Shown: positions 1 to 8,140 of the stretch, in pieces | Layout: every line of letters begins with the position of its first letter | Numbering within the stretch: position 1 is the first letter of the stretch | Assembly (NCBI RefSeq): GCF_900199515.1 | Contig: NZ_LT963434.1 | Location: forward strand, 2,012,180-2,044,179 | DNA length: 32,000 nt | Origin: Massilicoli timonensis | Lineage (GTDB): Bacteria > Bacillota_I > Bacilli_A > Erysipelotrichales > Erysipelotrichaceae | Direction of reading: 5' to 3' | Translations under genes and position numbers: made by a program | The notes under the pieces: generated by a model | The model's database searches: none | What the model saw: the letters and a program-made list of their open reading frames with translations, nothing else | Told to the model about the DNA's origin: nothing

Positions 1-1
1 A

Positions 2-433
2 AACGACGATATCATCATTCAAAGTGTTCTATTGGATGGAGTATTTCCTGATACGGAACTTCTGATACCAAAGCATTTTGATACAGAAATTTATTTCAAT
101 CGCATGGCACTTCTGGAAGCTTTGGATAGAACATCCTTTTGTCGTGATGATGGCATTACGATTGTTACCTTTGACCTTCTTAATGATGAGATTGTTCTGA
201 CAACAGAATCCAAAGAGATAGGTTCCTCTATAGAATCTATTTCTTATGAGAACGTATCAGGAAATAGAAAAGTCCATTTTTCATGTAATCAGCAGTATAT
301 GATAGAAGCATTAAAGGCTTTTGATACACAAGTATGTGTTCTTCATTTCAATGAAGATTTGAAACCGTTCATTCTTACGGACAGTCAGGATGAAAGCCAT
401 ATTCAATTGCTTCTGCCTACCAGAAGACATTAG
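2..433 (+). CDS. DNA polymerase III beta (sliding clamp)-like protein, C-terminal part; 5' end lies outside the window
   Basis: The frame is open from the window edge (..NDDIIIQSVLLDGVFPD..). The G-x-FPD..IP motif, the '..YMIEALKA..' segment and the C-terminal '..QLLLPTRR' resemble domains II/III of DnaN clamps. Stop TAG at 431-433. Confidence 0.55.
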   Translation, partial: NDDIIIQSVLLDGVFPDTELLIPKHFDTEIYFNRMALLEALDRTSFCRDDGITIVTFDLLNDEIVLTTESKEIGSSIESISYENVSGNRKVHFSCNQQYMIEALKAFDTQVCVLHFNEDLKPFILTDSQDESHIQLLLPTRRH

Positions 434-442
434 GGGTGATTG

Positions 443-1540
443 ATGTTGGAAAATACAATTGATTATAGAAATGTTTTTGGCAATCGTGAAGAGCAGCTGC
501 TTCATTTTATGATGGATGACTTTACATATGGAATCATTCGCAACAGATATTCCAGACAGCAATCGGACTATCTGATGAAAAAATATATTGATGATCGCTT
601 CTATACCCTACATATATTTGAAAATAGCGGGCTCTTGCTAAGAAAAGAGAAGGAATTTGTCGGACTGGTAGATATGAAAGAAAATGTTTTATATTGCAAC
701 TATTATGGGATGCATAACTATAAGAGGATTCAAGAGGAGTTTACATTGAAGGCAAATGGTATTGAAGGCATAGAAGCAGATATTGAAAAAAGGGTTAATG
801 AACAATTGAAGAATCTGATTTTTGATAGACGCCATGATCTTGCTAGTCATCGTATCGAAAATGAGGACTATGAACATATGAATACGATTGCCAGAAGAAA
901 AGCATTGCGTATGTTTATGAAAGAGCCTGATTTTCATAACAAGATGGATGAAAAGACATTGCTTGATTACATGCATGACGAAGATGATTATTTCTTTGAT
1001 CTTGTGAAATCTGAAATGACCTTAAGTGATGATGATATTATTTCTTCATTTTATGATATGAATAAAATCGTTGCTGAAAAGGCGGAAGAGGCTTTTCATA
1101 ATGATAAAATTTTTAAATATCTTTCAAGAAAAGTATATAGAGCATTTAGGACATTGGACGTAATGGATGAAATTATACAGAACCGAAACCATGAATATGA
1201 TCAGTTCTATAAAAGACGAAAAATGATCATGTCGCTGTCAGATATAAATGCTAAAAATGTATCTGTTACAATTGAATACGATAATGATAGAATGACATTC
1301 AAATATGACAGAGAAAAGCTGATTCGCGAAATGTCTGATCCTACACTTATGGACAGTTTCAATTTTGGAAAGGCATTTGAACCTGTCAGGGAGTTTGTCG
1401 AAAACCATAGAAGCGGATACAGAAGCGATTTTGAGTTTTCACATATAGAAAGCATGTCATTCAAAGGAAAGACATTTTATGACAGTAAAGGAACACCTAA
1501 GATGAAGAAAAGAATGACAGAATTAGAAAGAGAAAGATGA
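443..1540 (+). CDS. hypothetical protein (mobile-element associated)
   Basis: Long ORF of about 365 aa. ATG 443 follows AGGGGTGA. No motif recognised. Antisense ORFs 689-976 and 1207-1464 are shadows. Confidence 0.7.
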   Translation: MLENTIDYRNVFGNREEQLLHFMMDDFTYGIIRNRYSRQQSDYLMKKYIDDRFYTLHIFENSGLLLRKEKEFVGLVDMKENVLYCNYYGMHNYKRIQEEFTLKANGIEGIEADIEKRVNEQLKNLIFDRRHDLASHRIENEDYEHMNTIARRKALRMFMKEPDFHNKMDEKTLLDYMHDEDDYFFDLVKSEMTLSDDDIISSFYDMNKIVAEKAEEAFHNDKIFKYLSRKVYRAFRTLDVMDEIIQNRNHEYDQFYKRRKMIMSLSDINAKNVSVTIEYDNDRMTFKYDREKLIREMSDPTLMDSFNFGKAFEPVREFVENHRSGYRSDFEFSHIESMSFKGKTFYDSKGTPKMKKRMTELERER

Positions 1541-1575
1541 TGTTCAAATTTGAACATCTAATAAAGGAGGAATGA

Positions 1576-2247
1576 ATGGGTCAATATTATCTTGTTGCAA
1601 ATATTGATAAAAAGGAATATATGATTAGTCCTGATTTTGTGAAACTTATGGAATGGTCATATAACTATAACGATCTGATACTGGAAATGGAAAATCACAT
1701 GGCTATGGACTGGAAGGGTGATCATGTCTATGTGATAGGCGATTATGCAGGCAGCGGTGCAGATTGTAGATATACTGAACTGTTAAAAGAAATAGAAGAT
1801 AAGTTGAACATTGATACAGAAAGAGATTCTATCTTTGACAGAGTTTATAGTGAATTCAAGAAATTGCCAGTTCGCGAAGGTCTGAAAAAATATCGATATA
1901 TTGTGAATCATGCAGCTAAGGAATATATCGATAATGATCATTGCCCTTACAAGGAAAACATGGGGAGCTGGGAAGAAAATGGTAAGATTTTATCCGCAAC
2001 GATAGCACCTCTTTCTTTGATGCTGGCGTTAGGCAATGGACAGGGTGGAGGAGATTATTATGCTCATAATCATGAATTGGTTGGTTCCTGGGCAAAGGAT
2101 AGTTCTTCTCTGGAAATTACAGATGTTAAACCTAAATCGGATTATAAAGAATTGCAGCCTGAATTTCATGAAGGAAAGTATATTCCTTATAAGAAAAGAC
2201 CTGATATAATTTCAAAATTAAAGAACAGAGAAAGCAGACAGCGATGA
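1576..2247 (+). CDS. hypothetical protein (N-terminus MGQYYLVANIDKKEY)
   Basis: AAGGAGG lies 6 nt upstream of ATG 1576. The stop overlaps the next start (ATGA at 2244-2247). Confidence 0.75.
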   Translation: MGQYYLVANIDKKEYMISPDFVKLMEWSYNYNDLILEMENHMAMDWKGDHVYVIGDYAGSGADCRYTELLKEIEDKLNIDTERDSIFDRVYSEFKKLPVREGLKKYRYIVNHAAKEYIDNDHCPYKENMGSWEENGKILSATIAPLSLMLALGNGQGGGDYYAHNHELVGSWAKDSSSLEITDVKPKSDYKELQPEFHEGKYIPYKKRPDIISKLKNRESRQR

Positions 2248-2987
2248 TGGATAATCAGCAAAAAGAATTTCTGTCCATGATAAACAAACACTCCATGAAT
2301 GTCGGGCGAAGAGAGACATGTGAAGGATTTATTGCTTACGCCCTTTCTGTCTTGAATCCAGCATGTTCATTAAAGACTGATAAGGAAAGAGCGAAACAGA
2401 TTGACATGAAGATTAAGAATTCACGTATAAATAATGATGAACTGAAGCATATGCTGAATCTTATGATTGAATCTTTGGAACTGAATAGAAATCAGGACTT
2501 TTTGGCAGAGATATATGCTGATCTAGGAATATTTGATAAAAATTTTGGCCAGTTCATGACTCCATATCATGTAAGTCATATGATGGCAGAAATAAATCTT
2601 AGTGATTTGTCATTAGATAGAAAGATGGAAAATAATCCAATATCCATCTGTGATCCATGCTGTGGAACAGGTGGCATGATGATAGCAGCAGGCAATGTCA
2701 TAAAGGATAAAAACCTGAATATGAAGGATTTCATTTTTTATGCTCAGGATATTGACTGGATGATGGCAATGTCAGCATATGTGCAGATGTCGCTTCATGG
2801 ACAGGTGGGGCAGGTGATTATTGGTAATAGTCTTGACTTAGACAGTCATCCGCGTGAGTTCCTGGATGCCGGAAATTCATGGATTACCTCACCCGCTTAT
2901 ATCTACTATCCGGAATTACTGGAAAGACTATATATCAGAACACAGATGAAAAAGAAAGGCAAAGTTCATGAGGAAAGAGAATTTTAA
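2244..2987 (+). CDS. N6-DNA-methylase-like SAM-binding protein lacking the catalytic NPPF/Y motif
   Basis: Has 'FGQFMTPYHVSHMMAEI' (HsdM-type TP motif), 'DPCCGTGGMMIAAG' (motif I) and 'YAQDID..MSLHG..IIGNSL'. The ORF ends about 55 aa later with no NPPF/NPPY/DPPY. Confidence 0.6.
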   Translation: MMDNQQKEFLSMINKHSMNVGRRETCEGFIAYALSVLNPACSLKTDKERAKQIDMKIKNSRINNDELKHMLNLMIESLELNRNQDFLAEIYADLGIFDKNFGQFMTPYHVSHMMAEINLSDLSLDRKMENNPISICDPCCGTGGMMIAAGNVIKDKNLNMKDFIFYAQDIDWMMAMSAYVQMSLHGQVGQVIIGNSLDLDSHPREFLDAGNSWITSPAYIYYPELLERLYIRTQMKKKGKVHEEREF

Positions 2988-2992
2988 TAACA

Positions 2993-3388
2993 ATGATGGA
3001 TTATAGCAGATGGCTGAATCATGAGTTTTCGAGTGGTTCTGAAACAGGCAATGACTATCTTCAGTTTCAAAGGCAGATGAGGAATGATCTGAAAAGAATG
3101 TGCAGAGAGAACAATATGGAACTGTACAGCTTCAATAAAAATCATTATGAATTCTCGGCTGTATTAAATTCAGACAATGAGTATATTTACATTTCAATAT
3201 CAGATGTTCGCTTCTTTAGAAATGAATGGTATGATCATGTTCTTATAAGAACCATGAAACATTCTATGGACTGGCATGGTGGACAAAACCATTATGTAAA
3301 ATGGGAAGATATAGCGAAAACAGCCAGAAAAATGATAGATAGAAAAAGAAGATTGAAATCAATAAGCAATGGGGAAAGAATTATATAA
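2993..3388 (+). CDS. hypothetical protein
   Basis: 131-aa ORF in the same-strand operon; no recognised motif. Confidence 0.6.
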   Translation: MMDYSRWLNHEFSSGSETGNDYLQFQRQMRNDLKRMCRENNMELYSFNKNHYEFSAVLNSDNEYIYISISDVRFFRNEWYDHVLIRTMKHSMDWHGGQNHYVKWEDIAKTARKMIDRKRRLKSISNGERII

Positions 3389-3458
3389 ATAATACGAAAA
3401 TAAACCGTTGTGAATATGATGAAAGCACGTTATATTATTAGTGAAGGAGGAAATTGAA

Positions 3459-3743
3459 ATGATAAGTCATATAACAAAGAAAGATTTAACTATATTGGTG
3501 GCAGAAAAACATGGCATGTTGAAACGTGAAGCAGATGAGATAGTGGATACTATTTTTGATACAATCAGAGAGTGTGTAGAAAATGGTGGCATTGTAAGCA
3601 TTAGCGGATTTGGTAAATTTGAAGTAAAAGAAAGACCTGAAAGAAATGGTATCAATCCTGCAACGGGTGAGAGAATCATTATATCTCCAAAAAGAAAACC
3701 AATATTTAAACCTACAGGAAAATTCAAAGAAGCAGTGAAATAA
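3459..3743 (+). CDS. HU/IHF-family DNA-binding protein
   Basis: GAAGGAGG (3443-3450) lies 8 nt before ATG 3459. 'ISGFGKFEVKERPERNGINPATGERIIISPKRKPIFKPTGKFKEAV' is the classic HU arm region. Confidence 0.9.
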   Translation: MISHITKKDLTILVAEKHGMLKREADEIVDTIFDTIRECVENGGIVSISGFGKFEVKERPERNGINPATGERIIISPKRKPIFKPTGKFKEAVK

Positions 3744-3745
3744 TG

Positions 3746-3776
3746 AGACCGGCTAAGCAGTCGGTCTTATTTGTTT
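3746..3776 (+). terminator. rho-independent terminator after the HU gene
   Basis: AGACCGGCT-aagc-AGTCGGTCT stem (one mismatch) followed by TATTTGTTT. Confidence 0.7.
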
Positions 3777-3790
3777 AGGAAGAAAGGATT

Positions 3791-4744
3791 GTGATGGTAC
3801 AGAAAGAACAAGGAATTCAGCTGAGTCTATATGATTATTTCGCTGATTCAGAGGATTTTACACTGAAGGAAGCTGAGGATGCAGTTCTAAACCTCATGAA
3901 AAAGGAAGTAAAGCTACCAAGCATTAGAGCACGCATTTATGAGGGTATTGATAAAGGACTCTTTCAGCGTCTTTCAAAAGGTGTATATAGTGTTACAAGG
4001 GATCAGTCAACATGTCTTCTGATTGAAGGCAATGGACGTGATTTATCCTATATTGCCAATAACTCAATAGACTTCATCATTACAGATCACCCTTATGATC
4101 TTAAAAGCAATAAAGGCGGAAATAGAAATTTTGCTGAATATAAATGCTTTAGATATGATGTCAAAGATTTTCAGGAAAAGAAGAGAGTTCTTAAACCGGG
4201 ATGCTTTCTGGTAGAGTTCCTGCCGGATAAAAATGAGGAAAACAGAGTGTATCTGAATCAGATTGAAGAAATGGCAATATCAGCAGGATTCCGATTTTAT
4301 GCACAGGTGCCGTGGATAAAGGGGGCAGGAAGGAATACAGGAAGAAAGGTTAAGGATAGAGAGAACATTGTATTCTTCAGCAAAGGAAAGGCAAGAGAGC
4401 TTAGACGAGATGCCAAGAAGGAAAAATCAGATCCATCTAAAGAATATAGAATGAGTGGTGCAAAGAGAATGCTGCCATCCTCTTTTGAATATCCTGCACC
4501 TAATAAAAAGGAGCGCATTCATCAGGCTGAGAAACCACTTGATCTGTTAAAAGAAATCATTGACCTGATATCTGTTGAACATGAATTAGGTCTTGATCAG
4601 TTTGCAGGCTCAGGAGTTGCCGGTGAAGCCGCACTGGAATCTAATCGAGATATGATTCTCATTGAGGAAGATAAGGATACATTCAATAAAATGAAGGAAA
4701 GGATTAGCAGAAAGGAGAAAGTGCAGGATGAAAAGATACTTTAA
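3791..4744 (+). CDS. DNA methyltransferase, N4/N6 beta-class (orphan; no cognate endonuclease seen)
   Basis: 'FIITDHPY' (DPPY-type motif IV variant) lies upstream of 'HQAEKPLDLLKEII..LDQFAGSGVAGEAA' (motif I, FxGSG). The true start may be ATG 3794. Confidence 0.8.
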   Translation: MMVQKEQGIQLSLYDYFADSEDFTLKEAEDAVLNLMKKEVKLPSIRARIYEGIDKGLFQRLSKGVYSVTRDQSTCLLIEGNGRDLSYIANNSIDFIITDHPYDLKSNKGGNRNFAEYKCFRYDVKDFQEKKRVLKPGCFLVEFLPDKNEENRVYLNQIEEMAISAGFRFYAQVPWIKGAGRNTGRKVKDRENIVFFSKGKARELRRDAKKEKSDPSKEYRMSGAKRMLPSSFEYPAPNKKERIHQAEKPLDLLKEIIDLISVEHELGLDQFAGSGVAGEAALESNRDMILIEEDKDTFNKMKERISRKEKVQDEKIL

Positions 4745-5162
4745 TGGTTCCATAATGACATATGCAGGAGAAAGGGAGTCATCAGAAATAGACTGGCAAA
4801 AACAGATGTTATATTCTTATATGAGGCCTGGAAAAGTATTTTGCAAAAAGAGCCGAATTATACAAAGGAAACCAAATCATAAGGTATTTGATGACCTTGA
4901 TAAGAATAATCTAAAAAAGCTGTTCAATTTAGTTCATCCTGGAGATATTGTCAGGCTGACGGACTCAGCAGATAGAAATATGCAAAGATATATAAATGAT
5001 CTGTTCTATGTTGAAAGAATATCTTTTGATGGCAAGATTTTCGGTAAGTTTCAAAACGCTGATGTATATATGGAACTTCTACCACAGATGGATGTTTTCA
5101 TCAATGGAAACAGGAAAATCAACATGATCAGCTATCATAAGGAAAGAGGCAGAGATAGATAA
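4728..5162 (+). CDS. hypothetical protein
   Basis: AAGGAG lies about 9 nt upstream of ATG 4728. The ORF overlaps the MTase 3' end by 17 nt. Confidence 0.6.
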   Translation: MKRYFNGSIMTYAGERESSEIDWQKQMLYSYMRPGKVFCKKSRIIQRKPNHKVFDDLDKNNLKKLFNLVHPGDIVRLTDSADRNMQRYINDLFYVERISFDGKIFGKFQNADVYMELLPQMDVFINGNRKINMISYHKERGRDR

Positions 5163-5172
5163 AAAACAGATA

Positions 5173-5201
5173 CTGACATTTATGAAAATGCACGACATAA
5201 T
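5173..5201 (+). promoter_or_regulatory. putative promoter of integrase 1 (CTGACA-N17-CATAAT)
   Basis: -35 CTGACA at 5173-5178, 17-nt spacer, -10 CATAAT at 5196-5201. The 12-mer GCACGACATAAT is repeated upstream of integrase 2. Confidence 0.5.
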
Positions 5202-5213
5202 GTTTATGAGGAG

Positions 5214-6395
5214 ATGTATGCCGTGAGAAGAGAAAAAGGAAAAGGTACAGTTTCCAAAATGTCAGGAAACAGGAATATGCCTTATATGGTAAGAGTCAGG
5301 GATGGCACAAGGAAGAATGAAAAAACTGGAAAGAAGGAAGCATGCTATAAGATCATCGGATATACGAAAACAAAAAAGGAAGGCATCATCATGCTGAATA
5401 AATACATCACGGAAGGCAAATTTTATTCAGGTATGACTTTTGAAATGGTTTACCAGGAATTCAAGAAATTTAAGTTTCCGACTATATCAGAATCATTTCA
5501 AAATGCTCACGAAAATGCATATAAAATATGCCAGCCACTTCATCATCGGATTTTTTCAAATATTGATCTGGAGATGCTGCAAGAACTGATTGATCACAGC
5601 GGCAAGAATTATCCAACTTTAAGAAAGGTCAAGTTACTGCTGACACAGATGTATGATTATGCCATCAAGAATGATCTTTGTCTAAAGAACTATGCAAAGG
5701 GAATCAGCATACGACAGTACGCGGCAAAGAGGATTCCAAGCTATAAAAGAGAAAAGATCAGCAAGAAAGATATCAAGATATTCTGGATGAAAAGCTCACT
5801 TCCTTATTATCAGATGATTCTTTTCATGATTTATACAGGTGTAAGAGTGAGTGAGATGCTGAATATAAAAAAAGAAAATGTTAATCTGGATGAACAGTAT
5901 ATTGATATTGTTGAGGGAAAGAATGATAATAGCATTCGCAGAATTCCTGTTGCGGATGTTATATTTCCTTTTGTATATGAATGGTACTATCGTTATGAGA
6001 TGTCTGAATACCTATTCAGTACGGAAAGTGGAAAGAAGTTCCAATACAGAAACTATTACGACAGTTACTTTAAGCCTTTGGTAGAAGATCTGGAACAGAT
6101 TTATACACCGCACTGGTGCAGACATACATTTGTTTCTCTTATGAGTGAAGCAGAAGTAGATCCTGTCATGATCAAGAAAATAGTAGGTCATAGCACAAAC
6201 ATGGCTGTTACAGAACGCATCTATACACATTATGAAGTAGAAGCAATGCTAAGAGAAGTCAATAAGCTGGAAGAATGGAGTGAACTTGAATCAGAAGAAA
6301 GACAAGGCAAAGGAAGAAATTCCACAATTTACGGGAAGGAATGTTCCTATCAGCGAAATAGCAAAAGCAATGCACAAAGACCCGAAATTCATTAG
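5214..6395 (+). CDS. tyrosine recombinase / phage-type integrase (copy 1)
   Basis: 'YTGVRVSEML', 'HWCRHTFVSLM' and 'VGHS..MAVTERIYTHY' supply the R..HxxR..Y catalytic signature. GAGGAG abuts ATG 5214, so GTG 5223 may be the real start. A roughly 41-aa C-terminal tail past '..EVNKL' overlaps the next gene. Confidence 0.85.
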   Translation: MYAVRREKGKGTVSKMSGNRNMPYMVRVRDGTRKNEKTGKKEACYKIIGYTKTKKEGIIMLNKYITEGKFYSGMTFEMVYQEFKKFKFPTISESFQNAHENAYKICQPLHHRIFSNIDLEMLQELIDHSGKNYPTLRKVKLLLTQMYDYAIKNDLCLKNYAKGISIRQYAAKRIPSYKREKISKKDIKIFWMKSSLPYYQMILFMIYTGVRVSEMLNIKKENVNLDEQYIDIVEGKNDNSIRRIPVADVIFPFVYEWYYRYEMSEYLFSTESGKKFQYRNYYDSYFKPLVEDLEQIYTPHWCRHTFVSLMSEAEVDPVMIKKIVGHSTNMAVTERIYTHYEVEAMLREVNKLEEWSELESEERQGKGRNSTIYGKECSYQRNSKSNAQRPEIH

Positions 6396-6546
6396 ATTTG
6401 GGATTCAAATGGGTGTACTTAAATTTGGTGTAGCAATGAAAATAGAAGGAAAGTGCAATTACAGTTACTACTGTTCAGATAGGAAAGTATGGGAAGAAAT
6501 TGGCTATTTTAATCCAATTCCTGATGAAAAGAGCACTGACAAATAA
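6280..6546 (+). CDS. small HTH DNA-binding protein, excisionase/Xis-like
   Basis: 'VPISEIAKAMHKDPKFIRFGIQMGVLKFGVAMK' matches the HTH pattern seen in small excisionase-like proteins of Gram-positive integrative elements. The start is uncertain (GTG 6280 or TTG 6286). Confidence 0.55.
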   Translation: MNLNQKKDKAKEEIPQFTGRNVPISEIAKAMHKDPKFIRFGIQMGVLKFGVAMKIEGKCNYSYYCSDRKVWEEIGYFNPIPDEKSTDK

Positions 6547-6564
6547 CCTGAAGCACGACATAAT
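6536..6564 (+). promoter_or_regulatory. putative promoter of integrase 2 (CTGACA-N17-CATAAT)
   Basis: Same architecture as 5173-5201: CTGACA at 6536-6541, 17-nt spacer, CATAAT at 6559-6564. Confidence 0.5.
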
Positions 6565-6592
6565 AAGCATAGAACAGAAAGGGTGAAATATT

Positions 6593-7651
6593 ATGAAGTT
6601 TCCAAACGGTTATGGCTCTATTTCAAAATCTAAAAAGAAAGTACGTAAAAAATATAATGTTCGAGCACCACAAGTCCTGATATATGATAAGAAACAGAAT
6701 AGGGTAAGAGTTTCCCGCCCATCTCTTGGTTACTATGAAACGTATGGAGAAGCATTAGCAGCATTGGAAGAATACAATTCAAAGAAGGAATTCTATAAGA
6801 ACCAGAACATTACTTTTGCTGAATTATATGAAAGATGGTCCAGCGGGAAATTTCAATATGTAGGACAGAGATCAGTAGAAACATATGAATATGCCTTTAA
6901 GCTTTCCGCACCATTGCATAAAAAGAAAATTTCAAAAATACATTTAAGTGATTTGCAGAATGTTGTTGACAGCTGTGGGAAAAACTATCCAACCTTAAAA
7001 ATTTTGAAAGTTTTATATAAGCAGATGTTTGAATTTGCATATATGCATGATATTGTAGATAAAAATTTTGCAGTCTGGGTAGATATATTAAGGTATAAGA
7101 AAAGAAATCCAAACAAGATGAAGAGAGAGCGTTTCAGTAAGGAAAAAGTGGCAGAAGCATGGGAAAAAGTTGAAAATAAAGGAGATATGACTGTCCTTAT
7201 GCTTCTTTATACAGGTGTGCGTGTCGGCGAATTATTAAACCTTAAAAAGGAACATGTACATATTGACGAAGGTTATTTTGAAGTTGTACAAAGCAAGACA
7301 GAAAATGGAATCAGAGAGGTCCCGATTTGTGATAAAATCATGCCTTTCTTTAAGGAATGGTATTATGATGAAAGCAACAGGTCAGAATATTTAATATTTG
7401 ATCAAAGAGGTCAGCATATCAAGTATATGGAATATCGCTATATTTACTATAATCCGTTCATCACAAAATTGGATATAGATTTGACGCCTCACTGTTGCAG
7501 GCATACGTTTATTTCGATGATGGCTGAAAAGAATATATCACAGACGATTATAAAGAAGATTGTTGGGCATTCAGGTGCAATGACATTGACAGAAAGAGTA
7601 TATACACATTTTAATGTTCAGGAATTATTGGATGCAGTCAATCAACTTTAA
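6593..7651 (+). CDS. tyrosine recombinase / phage-type integrase (copy 2, paralog of copy 1)
   Basis: 'YTGVRVGELL', 'HCCRHTFISMM' and 'VGHSGAMTLTERVYTHF'. Collinear with copy 1 along its whole length. Confidence 0.9.
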   Translation: MKFPNGYGSISKSKKKVRKKYNVRAPQVLIYDKKQNRVRVSRPSLGYYETYGEALAALEEYNSKKEFYKNQNITFAELYERWSSGKFQYVGQRSVETYEYAFKLSAPLHKKKISKIHLSDLQNVVDSCGKNYPTLKILKVLYKQMFEFAYMHDIVDKNFAVWVDILRYKKRNPNKMKRERFSKEKVAEAWEKVENKGDMTVLMLLYTGVRVGELLNLKKEHVHIDEGYFEVVQSKTENGIREVPICDKIMPFFKEWYYDESNRSEYLIFDQRGQHIKYMEYRYIYYNPFITKLDIDLTPHCCRHTFISMMAEKNISQTIIKKIVGHSGAMTLTERVYTHFNVQELLDAVNQL

Positions 7652-7679
7652 AAAGATAAATAAAGTTAGAAAGTAAATG

Positions 7680-7727
7680 ACACTAGAATTTATAAGAGGA
7701 ATCTTATGGATTTTAGTGTTTTTTTTA
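7680..7727 (+). terminator. rho-independent terminator after integrase 2
   Basis: ACACTAGAAT..ATTTTAGTGT stem followed by T8. Confidence 0.65.
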
Positions 7728-7737
7728 TTTTATAGCA

Positions 7738-7786
7738 AAAGGAAATGATATATTAAAAATCAAATACAATATTGTCATTTCCTTTT
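7738..7786. terminator. long AT-rich hairpin, possible bidirectional terminator or element boundary
   Basis: AAAGGAAATGATATATT ... AATATTGTCATTTCCTTT inverted repeat sitting between convergent transcription units. Confidence 0.45.
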
Positions 7787-7825
7787 CTTTTTATGTGATG
7801 ATATTTTTATGATTAAATGACTATT

Positions 7826-8140
7826 TCACTTAAAGTGAATTTCAATAACATTTCTTAAATCTAGCTTTGTTTTTACAATCTGGATCATTTTTGTATCTAG
7901 ATTAAACTTAGCTACTTTTCCTTCTAGTTGAACATATTGTCCTTTATCATAGTAAACGACGTTAATAATCATTCCATCTTTTATCTGATGGACTTTATAA
8001 TCTAGTTCAGCCAAGTCATCTTCAGAAAGAATTTTCTTGGGGACAACTATTCTTTCCTGTTCTTTTAAGATTTCCCTAAATCCTTTCAGTGCATCGAAAC
8101 TTTGAAATATTTGTGCTCTCTGTGCTCTTGTTCTATGCAT
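7826..8140 (-). CDS. YolD-like protein (accessory partner of the Y-family polymerase)
   Basis: Sits directly downstream of the polymerase. ATG 8140 overlaps the polymerase stop (ATGCATAG). 'RAQIFQSFDALKGF' and the C-terminal beta-rich part fit YolD-like proteins. The ORF is also open to 8188. Confidence 0.6.
   Translation of the reverse strand: MHRTRAQRAQIFQSFDALKGFREILKEQERIVVPKKILSEDDLAELDYKVHQIKDGMIINVVYYDKGQYVQLEGKVAKFNLDTKMIQIVKTKLDLRNVIEIHFK

Noticed and set aside
311-7112. Antisense or embedded ORFs inside the element genes (311-562, 689-976, 1207-1464, 3467-3727, 4297-4518, 5878-6084, 6012-6230, 6897-7112).
   Set aside because: All lie within longer ORFs that have recognisable motifs or RBSs on the + strand. 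They have no RBS of their own and their composition is typical of shadow frames.
7652-7830. Looked for att-type direct repeats matching the tRNA-Ala 3' end or the region after integrase 2.
   Set aside because: No convincing repeat was found by eye. The question needs a computational search, so no att site is claimed.
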